Positions 37,919 through 48,313 are shown, counted from the stretch's first letter. The stretch: DNA of 64,000 bases from an uncultured Chloroflexia bacterium (GCA_963748625.1 CAVVJT010000010.1:1248001-1312000), one strand, 5' to 3'. The notes: generated by a model from the letters alone, not told the origin. Numbers and translations: made by a program.

Positions 37919-38713
37919 TCAGGCGGCGCGGGGCTTGCTCGCGGAGGCGCGCGGGCTCAGCTTGGGCGAGCGCCGCAGGCCGGTCCGGTGCAGCAGGAAG
38001 CGGCCGACGACGCGGAGCGTGGACAGCCCGTACACGACGCTCCGCTTGAAGTTCACGGAGCTCGCCTCCTCGAAGTAGCGTGTCGGGACGGCGATCTCAC
38101 CGATCTGCATCCCGCCCGCGGCCACCACCTGGGCGATGAGGTCCTGGTCGAACACGAAGTCGTCCGAGTTGCGCTGGTACGGGATCGTCTCCAGCAGGCG
38201 CCGGCTGTAGGCGCGCAGGCCGGTGTGGTACTCGGAGAGGTGCTGGCCGAACGCGAGGTTCTCCACGCCGGTCAGGAAGCGGTTCGAGACGTACTTCCAC
38301 TTCGGCATGCCGCCCGCGAGCGGGTCACCCAGGAACCGGGAGCCCAGCATCAGGTCCTTCTCACCTGCCAGGATCGGCGCGACGAGCTGCGGGATGCGGG
38401 TGGCGTCGTACTGGTAGTCGGGATGGAGCATCACGACGACATCGGCGCCCCACTCGAGCGCCCGGTCGTAGCAGGTCTTCTGGTTGCCGCCGTAACCCTT
38501 GTTCTGGCGGTGGACGATGACCTCAAGGCCCAGCTGGCGCGCGATCTCGACGGTCTCGTCCTTCGACACGTCATCCACGAGGATCATGTGATCCACGAGG
38601 TCGTGCGGGATGTCCGCGTACGTCCGCTCCAGCGTGCGGGCGGCGTTGTAGGCGGGCATCACGATGACGACCTTGGGCCGGGCACGGTCTCCGGCGGGAG
38701 TGGGAGGCGGCAT
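37919..38713 (-). CDS. Glycosyltransferase family 2 (polyprenol-phosphate sugar synthase-like)
   Basis: VMPAYNAA, LVDDVSKD, NKGYGGNQK, LHPDYQY, GSRF. Confidence 0.93.
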   Translation of the reverse strand: MPPPTPAGDRARPKVVIVMPAYNAARTLERTYADIPHDLVDHMILVDDVSKDETVEIARQLGLEVIVHRQNKGYGGNQKTCYDRALEWGADVVVMLHPDYQYDATRIPQLVAPILAGEKDLMLGSRFLGDPLAGGMPKWKYVSNRFLTGVENLAFGQHLSEYHTGLRAYSRRLLETIPYQRNSDDFVFDQDLIAQVVAAGGMQIGEIAVPTRYFEEASSVNFKRSVVYGLSTLRVVGRFLLHRTGLRRSPKLSPRASASKPRAA

Positions 38714-38766
38714 GCGCCAGAGCATACCGAGTCTCGATCAAGGGCGCCCCTGTACACTCCCGGCCG

Positions 38767-40368
38767 ATGACCAACGATCTCGCACGCCCGGTGGCCGGGC
38801 GCCCGCAGGCTGGACTGGGGGCCGGAGCGTACGCGTCGGCAGCCGGGATCTTCGTCCTCAGCGTCATCCTCGCCCACTTGGCATCGCCCCTGCGGGCTGA
38901 GGCCCCGGTCGCCTTCGACACCATCTCCGTGGTGCTGTACTTCGACCGGATCGTGCATGGTGTCGTGCTCGAGGCTCCGATCCTCACCACGCCCAAACCA
39001 CTGTTGTCCCTCGTCTATGGAGCGACCTGGGAGCTGACGGGCGACTGGCGCTGGATCGTCCTGATCTCCGTCCTCGCGTCGGCAGGCTCAGCGGCGCTCG
39101 CAACCCTGCTGGCATGGCGCATCGCGGGACCGGCTGCAGGCCTGTTCGCCGGCGCCGCCATCGCAGGCTCCTCGATGCTGGTGATGGAGGCCGTCCGAGG
39201 CCTCGCCACGCCGTGGGCGATCCTGGGCTGGATGCTCGCCGGCCTCGCGGTCACGGCACGGCGGCCGCGCTACGGTATCGCCGGTCTTGCCCTCGCCCTT
39301 GCGGCCCTGGCGCGGATCGAGACCCTCGCCATCGTCGGGGCTGCGGTGGTGCTGCTCGTCGTCGTCTCCGTCGGGCCGCGACGGGTTCGCAGGCACGTCC
39401 CCGGGCGGGCGTGGCTCGTGCTGCTCGGCCTCCTCGCACTACCGGTGATGCTCGCGCACGACTGGCTGCTCATCCGCGATCCCTGGTACTGGGCCGGCGT
39501 ATCGGGCGCCTATGCTGCCCAGAACCCCCAGCCGTCAGGGATGGCGGGGGTCCGGTCGGTCCTCGAGCTCCTCGTCAAGCTCCTGGCCCAGATGCTGGGG
39601 ATGGTGGTGCTCGCCGTGCCCGGGACGGTCATCCTCCTGCGCAGGACGCCGGTCGTGGGCATCGGCCTGCTGGCGCTCGCCGGCGGTGTTGCCTCGTTCA
39701 TGCTGTTGATCGGCTATCTCGGCTACATGGTTCCCGGCCGGTATGCGGCCCCGATCGAGGTGGCCGTCATGATGGCCGCCGCGATAGCGGTCGGCGCCGC
39801 GGCGGAGAATCTGGAAGCAAGGTTGCGGCGCCGGCAGACGACAACGACCCGTGGCGAAGGCCCGGTCCGCATCGTGCCCGCCGTGCTCGGTGTCGCAGGC
39901 CTCGTTACCGCCCTGGTCCTCACGAACCCGCTCGCACCGGCCAGCAAGGGGCTGCACCGGGTGGTCCAGGATCGTCGCGCCCTCAACGGCGCAGCCCTTG
40001 ACGCGACGGACGCCATCAGGGCAGCGCTGCAGGACGCTGCCAACGGACCAGGGACACCCCCCGTCATCCGGGTCCAGAGCCAGGTGCGGCCGCTGCTGGC
40101 GCTCGAGCTCGGCCTGGACCTGACGCGGATCCAGGTGCTCCCGAACCCACCGGATCGGGCGCTTGCGTCCGATACCGCACAGGGGGGCGGGCTGGTGCTC
40201 TACATCCCGGCGGAGGACGAGTCAGGGCGGGGCGCGAGCCTGGCCACCACTGAGCCGACAACCGTGGGCACGGTCAGGATCACTCCCATCACCTCTGACG
40301 CCGACATGGGCTGGTGGCTGTCGCGCCTCGACGCCACCCCCTCGACCGAGGGAGAAGCCGGCGGGTAG
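38767..40368 (+). CDS. Multi-pass membrane protein, possible GT-C glycosyltransferase
   Basis: About 12 TM helices, acidic first loop (FD), LARIET and PGRY motifs; divergent from GT2/flippase. Confidence 0.65.
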   Translation: MTNDLARPVAGRPQAGLGAGAYASAAGIFVLSVILAHLASPLRAEAPVAFDTISVVLYFDRIVHGVVLEAPILTTPKPLLSLVYGATWELTGDWRWIVLISVLASAGSAALATLLAWRIAGPAAGLFAGAAIAGSSMLVMEAVRGLATPWAILGWMLAGLAVTARRPRYGIAGLALALAALARIETLAIVGAAVVLLVVVSVGPRRVRRHVPGRAWLVLLGLLALPVMLAHDWLLIRDPWYWAGVSGAYAAQNPQPSGMAGVRSVLELLVKLLAQMLGMVVLAVPGTVILLRRTPVVGIGLLALAGGVASFMLLIGYLGYMVPGRYAAPIEVAVMMAAAIAVGAAAENLEARLRRRQTTTTRGEGPVRIVPAVLGVAGLVTALVLTNPLAPASKGLHRVVQDRRALNGAALDATDAIRAALQDAANGPGTPPVIRVQSQVRPLLALELGLDLTRIQVLPNPPDRALASDTAQGGGLVLYIPAEDESGRGASLATTEPTTVGTVRITPITSDADMGWWLSRLDATPSTEGEAGG

Positions 40369-40490
40369 CACCGCGGCGGCCCGACGGCTGGCGGAACCGT
40401 CGAAGGGCTGTCGCGATCCGCGGGTATGGTTCGGACGAATACCTCGATGACACGTCCCGGCGTCATCGGGATTGAGGAGCACGCCAGACC

Positions 40491-41096
40491 ATGTTCGATC
40501 GACTCTTGGGCAACCGCCGCGCCGACCCGGCCGTCGCCGATCGCGTGCCGCCCGGCCAGTACCTGACCGACAAGTTCCCCGTGCTGCACTACGGCTCGGT
40601 GCCGTCCACGGACCTTGCGACGTGGGACTTCCGGGTCCACGGCGAGGTCGACAGCCCGTTCACCCTGTCGTGGGAGCAGTTCCGGGCGCTGCCACGCAAG
40701 CAGGTGACCACAGACATCCACTGCGTGACCCGCTGGTCGAAGCTGGACACGCACTGGGAGGGCGTCGCCATCCAGACGATCCTCGAGATGGCGCAGGTCC
40801 GGCCATCAGCCGCGCACGTGATCGGCCACGCCGAACAGGGCTACACGGCGAACGTCTCGCTCGACGTGCTCGACGACGACGACGTGCTCCTCGCCGACAC
40901 CTACGAGGGTGCGCCGCTCACCCCCGAGCACGGCTGGCCGCTCCGCCTCATCGTCCCGAAGAAGTACTTCTGGAAGGGCCCGAAGTGGATCCGGGGCCTC
41001 GAGTTCGTGACGCACGACCGCCTCGGCTTCTGGGAGCGCTACGGCTACCACAACGAGGGCGACCCCTGGCGCGAGGAGCGGTTCTCGGGCTCCTGA
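40491..41096 (+). CDS. Sulfite-oxidase-like molybdopterin oxidoreductase (YuiH-like)
   Basis: [44 protein letters not shown]. Confidence 0.93.
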   Translation: MFDRLLGNRRADPAVADRVPPGQYLTDKFPVLHYGSVPSTDLATWDFRVHGEVDSPFTLSWEQFRALPRKQVTTDIHCVTRWSKLDTHWEGVAIQTILEMAQVRPSAAHVIGHAEQGYTANVSLDVLDDDDVLLADTYEGAPLTPEHGWPLRLIVPKKYFWKGPKWIRGLEFVTHDRLGFWERYGYHNEGDPWREERFSGS

Positions 41097-41152
41097 CGCC
41101 GTAGCCCAACCCCGGGGCGCGCATCCACGGGGCGCGCTCCCTGCCCGACCGC

Positions 41153-41296
41153 CCGCCTGGCGGGCCTTGCGTGCGGAGTTCCGCACAGTCGCACCGCCAG
41201 ACGGGACGTCCGGGCCCGTTTCGGCCATGCACGCCCTGATCTGCCCGCTGTGCGACCGGTTTGCGCAGGATCGCGCACACAGTGCCCGCTGGGCGG
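41153..41296. repeat. 144-bp palindromic intergenic element, copy 2
   Basis: CCGCCTGGCGGGCCTTGCGTGCG...CGCACACAGTGCCCGCTGGGCGG. Confidence 0.85.
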
Positions 41297-41447
41297 GATG
41301 CATGCGGCCCGGACCGCGCATGCGGCCGCGGACGCGGGACGCGGCTCGCGGGTGCGGGGCGGCCTCGGACGCGAGGCCGCCCCGGACGCGGGACGCGACG
41401 GACCCCAGCTCGGCTCGTGGGCCCAACTCGCCGAAGGCGGCCGACCC

Positions 41448-43277
41448 TCAGCGCAGGAGCACGTCCGCAAGGGCCAGCATCTGGCGGGGCAGCTCCTCGA
41501 ACGAGGCGACGGGCACGAGACGACCACCGCCCGCATTGGCGAGGTCAGCACCGGCCTGGCGCACCGGCGTGATCCAGACCGTGGACCGGCCCGGCTGGGC
41601 GGATTGCGTGTGCAGAACGTGGAGGCGCCGCATCCGCGAGGCCACCGGGCGCGGGTTGCCGCCCGCCGTGTACTGGCCGTCGCTCACGAGCACGGCTGCG
41701 CTGCGCGGGTCACGCGAGCGGGCGAGCTGGCGCTCCCCCGCCTCCAGCGCGGCCTCGATGTTCGTGGAGCCGCGACACGGCCGCTCCAGCATCCGGCGCA
41801 CCATCTCCTCGGCCGGCAGCCGCTCGCCGAGCGTGACCACGTCGGCCGCATCGTCGGAGAAGGCGACGATGCCCAGGTCTCCGGGCTGCACCTTGAGGGC
41901 CAGCACGGCCGCCGCGACCGCCGCGAGCGCCATCGGCTCGCCTGACATGCTCCCCGAGGTGTCCACCATCAGGACGACCTGGCGGCGCTCCTCCACCCGG
42001 TGCTCCACCACCCAGTCAGCCGCGTCCGCCCAGCGCTTGCCCGCGGTGTTCTCGAGCGTGCCCGCCACGTCGAGCTCGCCGTGAGGCGCAACGTCCGGCG
42101 TGGTCCGCCGGAGGCGTGACCGTCCACGCATCGGACCCACCAGCGCGACGGCACGGCGCATCACGCTCGCGACGGCCAGGCGCTCGGCAACCTCCAGCGC
42201 GTCGTCGTCGAGATGGCGCAGGCGGCCGGTCGTCAGCCGGGTCGCGACCTCCCAGCCGTCGGGTTCCCCGTCGCTCTTGGTGAGGCCCAGGCTAGCAAGC
42301 GCGCGGGCGAGCGCCTCACGGGCGGCAGTGCCTGGATCGGGCAGCTCGGGGGATGGGGCGTCAGGGTCAGGGTGGGTGCCGATCACATCGACCAGTGGGG
42401 GCGAGCGATCGTCCTCGACCGCCTCGGCCAGCACCCGGTCGACCAGCTCGTCGAGCACGGCGTCGAAGCCCTGGCCGGCGTCGTCGCGGAGGTCGATGCG
42501 CGTCCGGAAGGCAGCCGCGGCTGCACGCCGCAGGACGGCCCGATCGGTGGCCGGGTCCACGCCCGCGGCGGCTCCGAGGCTCGCTGCGATCTGCACGGTG
42601 GCCACGGCGCCCCGGACCGACGCGCCCTTGCGGACCCGCGGATGCTCGCGCGTCGCCCGGGCCAGGCGGACGGCAGCGATGACCAGCGCCGGGTCGTCCA
42701 CGCCGGACTCCGCGACCACGATCGCGGCCTCCTCGGCCTCGGCCTGGTAGACGAGCGCGAGGTGCTCGAAGCGGTCCCGCAACGCCTCGGACAAGTGCCC
42801 CGTGGCCACGTACTCCACCGGGTTTTGCGTGGCGACCACCTGGAACCCCGGCGCCGCGACCACCTCGCCCAGGTGCGGCACGCCGATCCGCCGCTCGTCG
42901 AGCGCCGGCAGCAGCACGTTCTGGACCGTCTCGGGCATCCGGTTCAGCTCGTTGATGAACAGGACAGCGCCCGCGCGCATCGCGGCGACCAGCGGGCCGG
43001 CGTTGAAGCTCTCCTCGCCATAGCCGACGGAGAGCACCAGGGGCGGGTCGAACCAGCCGGTGAGCTTCGCCTCCGAGTAGCGGTCGTCGCCGTCCACGCG
43101 GACCGTGTCGCGCCCAAGGTGATCGCAGACCGCGAGCGCGATCGTCGTCTTGCCCACGCCGACGGGGCCCTCGAGCAGCAGGTGACGCCCGGCGCCCAGC
43201 ACGGCCAGCGCGAGGGCGAGCTCGTCCTCGCGGCCGACGATGCCGTGCTGCTCCTGGATCTGGCGGACGCGGTTCAC
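41448..43277 (-). CDS. MoxR-type AAA+ ATPase fused to vWA domain
   Basis: LLEGPVGVGKT, LFINELNR, VATQNP, LSEALRDRF; C-terminal MIDAS DTSGSM...STN...VSDG. Confidence 0.9.
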   Translation of the reverse strand: MNRVRQIQEQHGIVGREDELALALAVLGAGRHLLLEGPVGVGKTTIALAVCDHLGRDTVRVDGDDRYSEAKLTGWFDPPLVLSVGYGEESFNAGPLVAAMRAGAVLFINELNRMPETVQNVLLPALDERRIGVPHLGEVVAAPGFQVVATQNPVEYVATGHLSEALRDRFEHLALVYQAEAEEAAIVVAESGVDDPALVIAAVRLARATREHPRVRKGASVRGAVATVQIAASLGAAAGVDPATDRAVLRRAAAAAFRTRIDLRDDAGQGFDAVLDELVDRVLAEAVEDDRSPPLVDVIGTHPDPDAPSPELPDPGTAAREALARALASLGLTKSDGEPDGWEVATRLTTGRLRHLDDDALEVAERLAVASVMRRAVALVGPMRGRSRLRRTTPDVAPHGELDVAGTLENTAGKRWADAADWVVEHRVEERRQVVLMVDTSGSMSGEPMALAAVAAAVLALKVQPGDLGIVAFSDDAADVVTLGERLPAEEMVRRMLERPCRGSTNIEAALEAGERQLARSRDPRSAAVLVSDGQYTAGGNPRPVASRMRRLHVLHTQSAQPGRSTVWITPVRQAGADLANAGGGRLVPVASFEELPRQMLALADVLLR

Positions 43278-43321
43278 GACGACTCCCGGGCGGATGGCGG
43301 ACGCACGCCGATGGTAGCCGG

Positions 43322-44035
43322 TCAGGCCTGCCCGACTGGGGCCGCCGCGACCGGTGCCTCCGCGGCGGCGTTCACGCGCGCGAGCAGCGCGAACACCGGC
43401 TGGGCCGCCTCGAACCCGTCGCACAGGAGGTCGGGCAGGTCGGGCGACAGCACGTCCGCGTCAGAGAGCCGGCGGCTGAAGATCAGGTCCTTGAGCCTGA
43501 GCAGCTCGCCGTCCGGATGGTCCTTCGCAAACCCGGCCGGGACACGGGCCAAGCGCTCCTCCGCGTAGATGGAGCCGTAGGCGGCTGTGAAACCCTGCTC
43601 GCTGAGTGCCCCATGCACCGCCTCAGGATCCGTGTCCACCAGGCGCCGCCAAGCCACCAGGACCGGCGTCGGCGGCCGGTAGAGGCCACCGCCGGTGAAG
43701 ATCTCGCCGGGCTCCATGTGGAAGTAGCCGGCCGGCCCGCCGCCGACCGCCGGGAACTGCGCGCTCACCGCGGTCTTGTAGGGCGTCTTGTCCTTGGAGA
43801 ACCGCGTATCGCGGTAGATCCGGAAGGGCGATCGCTGGTCCGCCGTGAGGGCGATGCCGCGCGCCTCGAACCGCGCGGCAAGCGTCAGGCACAGGGCCTC
43901 GAGCGGGCGCTTGAGCAGCGCCTCGAACTGCGCCTTGCGCGGGTTGAACCACGCACGATCGTTGTTGGCGGCGAGCTCGACGAGGAAGGCGATGCCTTCG
44001 GGCGGGAAGCCCTCGAACTGGATCTGGTCGGCCAC
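43322..44035 (-). CDS. DUF2461 family protein
   Basis: FLVELAANNDRAWF, FRIYRDTRFSKDKTPYKT. Confidence 0.92.
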   Translation of the reverse strand: MADQIQFEGFPPEGIAFLVELAANNDRAWFNPRKAQFEALLKRPLEALCLTLAARFEARGIALTADQRSPFRIYRDTRFSKDKTPYKTAVSAQFPAVGGGPAGYFHMEPGEIFTGGGLYRPPTPVLVAWRRLVDTDPEAVHGALSEQGFTAAYGSIYAEERLARVPAGFAKDHPDGELLRLKDLIFSRRLSDADVLSPDLPDLLCDGFEAAQPVFALLARVNAAAEAPVAAAPVGQA

Positions 44036-44249
44036 AGGGTGCTCCCGGGAGGCGGCGGATGGGCGGCGGCGTGGCGCGGACGCTACCACGACCGACTTCA
44101 CGCCAACTTGACCGTCCTCCGTCGCAGCCAGGCACGTGCCGTCGTGCAAGACGTACGCAATGTCTGAGGCCGAAACCGGGATGCCGATGCAACGTCCTGC
44201 CACGCACAGTTGCCCGACCGGGGAACCATCCGCAATCAGGAGGGTCGGA

Positions 44250-44498
44250 GTGGCCAAGTTCATGGATGTCCACGAGGGCATGTTCGGCGTGACGCCAGAA
44301 GCGCTTCGGGCGGCCCACCAGGCCGATCTCGACATCCAGGGTGAGGAAGGCGTCGACTTCCAGCACGCCTGGGCAGACCCTGATTCGGGACGGGTGTGGT
44401 GCGTGTCCGAGGCGCCCAACGCCGACGCCGTCCGCCGGATCCACGAGCGTGCCGGCCACCCCGCCGCCGAGGTCTTCCCGGTTCCCGTCGAGGCCTGA
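44250..44498 (+). CDS. DUF4242 / SCO4226-like small nickel-binding protein
   Basis: FMDVH, AHQADLDIQ...VWCVSEAP.ADAV.RIHERAGHP; AGGAGG RBS. Confidence 0.9.
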   Translation: MAKFMDVHEGMFGVTPEALRAAHQADLDIQGEEGVDFQHAWADPDSGRVWCVSEAPNADAVRRIHERAGHPAAEVFPVPVEA

Positions 44499-44534
44499 CC
44501 TCCCTCCCTGCTCCACCCGTGCCATGCTCCGGGC

Positions 44535-45095
44535 ATGGAACCGATCTTCCTCGTCCTCGGCGGCCCGGCCGTCGGGAAGTCCACGACCTCCCGGTTGCTC
44601 GCCGACGCCTTCCCGCGGAGCATCCACGTACCGGTGGACGACATCCGCCACATGGTCCGTGGCGGCCTGGCCTTGCCCGCCCTCCCGTGGACGGACGAGA
44701 TCAGCCGCCAGGTCACGCTCGGGCGTGAGGCGGCGCTTGCGGTAGCAGAGCACTACGCGTCCCAGGGGTTCGCGGTGGTGATGGACGACTTCTGGGATCC
44801 GCACCATGCGGCCGAGTACCGCGACGTCGTGCGGCGTCCGGGCGTGCACGGGGTGCTGCTGCACGCCCCACGCGAGGTGGCGCTCCAGCGGAACCGGGTG
44901 CGGTCGCCCGGCCCGGAGGGCGACTACATCGAGGGCGCGATCGCGCATGCCGCGGGGATCATCGGGCCGGTCCTGGACCGTCTCCCGGCCGAGGGCTGGA
45001 CGGTGATCGACACGTCAGCACTCACCCCGGAAGCCACGGTGGCCGCCATCCTCGAGGCGGCGGGCCTTGAGGTTGGGATCGGGCTCAGGGGCTGA
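44535..45095 (+). CDS. P-loop kinase-like protein (AAA_33)
   Basis: LGGPAVGKST, VDDIRHMV, ALQRNRVR, IDTSALTPEATV. Confidence 0.85.
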   Translation: MEPIFLVLGGPAVGKSTTSRLLADAFPRSIHVPVDDIRHMVRGGLALPALPWTDEISRQVTLGREAALAVAEHYASQGFAVVMDDFWDPHHAAEYRDVVRRPGVHGVLLHAPREVALQRNRVRSPGPEGDYIEGAIAHAAGIIGPVLDRLPAEGWTVIDTSALTPEATVAAILEAAGLEVGIGLRG

Positions 45096-46536
45096 CCCAC
45101 AGCTCCGAGGCGCCCTGACCGAGATCCATCCCCGTCCAGTAGCGGTTCACCAGCAGGACGAGCCGGCCGCCCGCCCAGCCGTGGCCGTCGATGAAGTACT
45201 CGCCGCGCCCGTCGAACTCGACCGAGTCGATCCCCCACCAAGACCGGCCGTCCCGCGAACCGGCAAGCACGCCCATCCGGGTCACGTCGTGGCGCCTGTC
45301 CGTGTCCGCGCGACGCCCGATGACCAGCCAGCGCGTGGGAGAGGCGATCACGCGCGTCGTGCCCTGGTCGAGCTCGACCACGGACAGCCGTGGGCCGGAG
45401 AGGCGCTGCCAGCCATCGGCCGGCGTCCACCGCCAGATGCCCGGTTGCTGGTCGCCCTCGCCCGAACCGCGCAGGCCGGCCGCCAGGAGTCCTTCCCCGG
45501 GGCCGCCGCCCGCGATGCTCGTGAGGCGGACGTCCTCCATGCCGACGGCGATCGGCACCTCGGTCCAGGTCCTCCCATCGGGGCTCGTCCACACGCCCTG
45601 CGCACCAGACAGCGCGCCGAAGCGGACGCTCTCGCGCTCGACGGCGTCGAGACCAGCGATCGTGGGGCCGCTGCGTCCCGCCAGCACGAAGCCGCCACCG
45701 GGCACCACACCCACGGCGTCCACGATGAGGGCCGGCGCTCCGGGAAGCTCCACCTTCTGCCAGCGGCGGCCACCGGCCGAGAACCAGATGCCCGCATGGG
45801 CGCCGTAGGGCTGCCAGCCGATGAAGCGGCGGCCATCGGAGGCCACGGTGTCCACAGGGACCCGGCGCCCTGCGGTGGGGCGGGCACGGGTCCACCTCCG
45901 CGCGTCGGGGGACCACCAGGCGCCGCCCCCGGCGAGCACGTACCGCTCGCCGTTGGCGGCAATCGACTGCACCTGCGCATCAAGGCCCGGGCCGGAGGCG
46001 ACACGGGTTGTCCAGGTGCGCAGGTCCGACGAGATGGCGAGCGTGGGCGGCCCGGGGAACCCGCCACCGTCGTAGGTCAGGACCTCGATGCAGCCGACGG
46101 GGCCGCACGCGAACGAGGTGGCCGTGCCGTCACTGGCGTACCGCTTGTGCCACGTGATGCCGAGACCCCGGGACGGCGCGGTCGCCTTGGGCGGGATGAC
46201 CGTCTCGACGGGGACGTCGGGCCCAGGGGTGACGGTCGGCGCCCAAGTGGGCGCGAGTGTCGCAGTCGCACCCGGGGTGGACGTCGGGGCAGGCGTCGGC
46301 GTGAGGGACGGCGGTTGGGTCGCAGTGGCGATCGCCGGCGGCGTCCGGGTCGGGGTCTGAGCAGGCGTCTGGGTCGGTTGGCTTGACGCTGGTGGCACAG
46401 CCGAAGCCGGCACGGCGGACGTTGCGCCGGCCGAAGCGGGCGGCGCTGTGGTTGGCGTGGACGACGGGGCCGTGCCACCACATGCGGTCGTGACCAGCAG
46501 GATCGCGCTCAGCCCGAGCAGCCGGATGCCGGCCAT
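45085..46536 (-). CDS. Lipoprotein with Pro/Thr linker and beta-propeller (BNR-like SxDG.TW repeats)
   Basis: Lipobox VTTAC; SSDLRTW, SPDARRW, SAGGRRW, SPDGRTW, SRDGRSW repeats. Confidence 0.8.
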   Translation of the reverse strand: MAGIRLLGLSAILLVTTACGGTAPSSTPTTAPPASAGATSAVPASAVPPASSQPTQTPAQTPTRTPPAIATATQPPSLTPTPAPTSTPGATATLAPTWAPTVTPGPDVPVETVIPPKATAPSRGLGITWHKRYASDGTATSFACGPVGCIEVLTYDGGGFPGPPTLAISSDLRTWTTRVASGPGLDAQVQSIAANGERYVLAGGGAWWSPDARRWTRARPTAGRRVPVDTVASDGRRFIGWQPYGAHAGIWFSAGGRRWQKVELPGAPALIVDAVGVVPGGGFVLAGRSGPTIAGLDAVERESVRFGALSGAQGVWTSPDGRTWTEVPIAVGMEDVRLTSIAGGGPGEGLLAAGLRGSGEGDQQPGIWRWTPADGWQRLSGPRLSVVELDQGTTRVIASPTRWLVIGRRADTDRRHDVTRMGVLAGSRDGRSWWGIDSVEFDGRGEYFIDGHGWAGGRLVLLVNRYWTGMDLGQGASELWVSP

Positions 46537-46608
46537 GCGTCTCGCCACCCCTTCCGCTGCTGGACGCCGAACCTGTGACGCCCGACCCGGCCCCGGCGTT
46601 GCACCGGC

Positions 46609-46978
46609 TCAGCCGGTTGGGGCCGGTGGCCTGCGTTGGCCGCCCAACTGGCGCGCCATCGTCCAGCCGGTGGCCCCCAGCGCCGCGCTCACGAGCGTGG
46701 GCAGCCCGATCCAGAACCAGGACTCCAACAAGAGGCTGAACCAGGTCTCGCCCGACTCGGACATGTGCGCGGGGTCCACCCAGACGACGGCCACGATCAC
46801 GTTCCCGACCAGGAACGAGGCCCACATCAGGATGCCCGCAACGACGCCCGTGCGAAGCCGGCGGTGACCCGGGGCGACGGCCCAGGCGACGCCTCCAGCG
46901 ACGGCGCACACCGAAAGGCCCGGGCTGCTGGCCCGGGCCCCGTCGGCGGAGGGAGGAGGAGGTGCCCGTAGAGTGCAT
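46609..46978 (-). CDS. Small membrane protein; probable 1-nt frameshift near 46940
   Basis: AAGGA RBS before ATG 46978; the hydrophobic frame 46609..46911 joins it if one G is removed from GACGGGGCC. Confidence 0.55.
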
Positions 46979-47076
46979 GGGCGTTCCTTGCGATTCGATG
47001 ACGCTCGGACTGGACCTTTGCGCCTGCCTCACACGAGCCGAGCGCCTCGCCTGCACGCCTGCCGCCTGCACGCCTG

Positions 47077-47220
47077 CCGCCTGGCGGGCCTTGTGTGCGC
47101 GATCCTGCACGTTCTGCCCGCCGGCCGGGATGACGCTGGCTGATACGGGCGCGGAGAGGCGATCCATGCCGCTGAACGGGACGATTGCGCGAAATCCTGC
47201 GCGCAAGGCCCGCTGGGCGG
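47077..47220. repeat. 144-bp palindromic intergenic element, copy 3
   Basis: CCGCCTGGCGGGCCTTGTGTGCG...TGCGCGCAAGGCCCGCTGGGCGG. Confidence 0.85.
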
Positions 47221-47281
47221 GAGGCCACGGGGGCAACACGAGGGCAGGAGCTGGGTCGGGACGCGCGGGCGCCCGCCTCGA

Positions 47282-48130
47282 TCAGCCCGCGGGTTCGACC
47301 GGGCGGGTGAGCGACAGCAGCGCGCTGGGCAGCACCGCCCGGGCGAGCTCGTCCGGATCGGCGTCACCGCCTGCGAGCAGCGCACGCCTGATGCTGCGCT
47401 CGGCGAGGGCGGTCATGGTGTCGACCACATCGACCGGGTCCACGGTGAGCTCCCGGCCGGCGCGTCCCACCGCGTCCACGATGAACGAGCCGAGCCGCTC
47501 GCGGAACCGGAGGTTGACCTCCAGGAGCTGGCGCGACATGTCCGGCCGCCGGATGGCGTGGATCTCCAGTTCCGTCTGGACGAGCATCATGGTCCGGTCG
47601 ACCGGGATGGTCCGCAGCACCCGGTCAACGATCGAGGCGACGACCGCCGGCAGCTGGTCATCGGCACCCGCGATCTCGGGCGTGACCTCCACCAGGGCGG
47701 CGTCCAGGTGCTCCATGAGGCGCGCCTGCTCACGCTCCACGAGCGCATGGACGACATCGTCCTTGTCGGCGAAGTTGGAGTAGAACGCCCCGCGCGTGAA
47801 GCCTGCCTTCTCGCAGACGTCCTCCACGCTGCCGCCCATGACGCCGCGCTCCGCGAAGACGTCGCGCGCCGCGTCCAGCACGCGCTGGCGGGTGGCCTCG
47901 CGACGAGCCGAGCGGTGGATGCTGCCGCCGTGTGCATCGTCGGGATCAAGGCGGTGGGCGACAGGCTCCGTCAGGGCCGCGGGGGCCATGGCATCCGGAG
48001 CAGCAGGGGCAGCGGACACGGCCGATGGGCCAGCGGAAACGGCGGCTGGGGCAGCGGGCGCGTCGGCAGCCGTGGGCGCGGGCGTGCCCATCCAGGCCGC
48101 CCAATCGCCAGGCCGCGGCTCGCGTCCCAT
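47282..48130 (-). CDS. TetR/AcrR family transcriptional regulator
   Basis: TRQRVLDAARDVFAERG...SVEDVCEKAGFTRGAFYSNFADK. Confidence 0.95.
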   Translation of the reverse strand: MGREPRPGDWAAWMGTPAPTAADAPAAPAAVSAGPSAVSAAPAAPDAMAPAALTEPVAHRLDPDDAHGGSIHRSARREATRQRVLDAARDVFAERGVMGGSVEDVCEKAGFTRGAFYSNFADKDDVVHALVEREQARLMEHLDAALVEVTPEIAGADDQLPAVVASIVDRVLRTIPVDRTMMLVQTELEIHAIRRPDMSRQLLEVNLRFRERLGSFIVDAVGRAGRELTVDPVDVVDTMTALAERSIRRALLAGGDADPDELARAVLPSALLSLTRPVEPAG

Positions 48131-48143
48131 CGTGCCCTCCGTC

Positions 48144-48195
48144 GATACATATCTGTATCCGATACATTGACGTATCGAATACGCGGCCGTATCCT
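48144..48195. promoter_or_regulatory. Triple TetR-type operator overlapping a sigma70 promoter of the MMPL-Pip gene
   Basis: GATAC-N6-GTATC at 48144 and 48161, AATAC-N6-GTATC at 48178 (17-bp period); TTGACG(48167)-N17-TATCCT(48190). Confidence 0.8.
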
Positions 48196-48313
48196 ACCCG
48201 GCGCGACACACCGCCGCAACCCCTGACGCCATTTCGACCCGCGGCCCCGGCCGCGCCCATAGCGACCGGCGCCGGCGCAACCACCGCGCGGCCCGGGGAG
48301 GCACCACCGTCCC

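Noticed and set aside
41305-41405. GGACGCGGGACGCG short repeats next to element copy 2
   Set aside because: Low-complexity GC-rich microrepeats; no defined structure could be supported.
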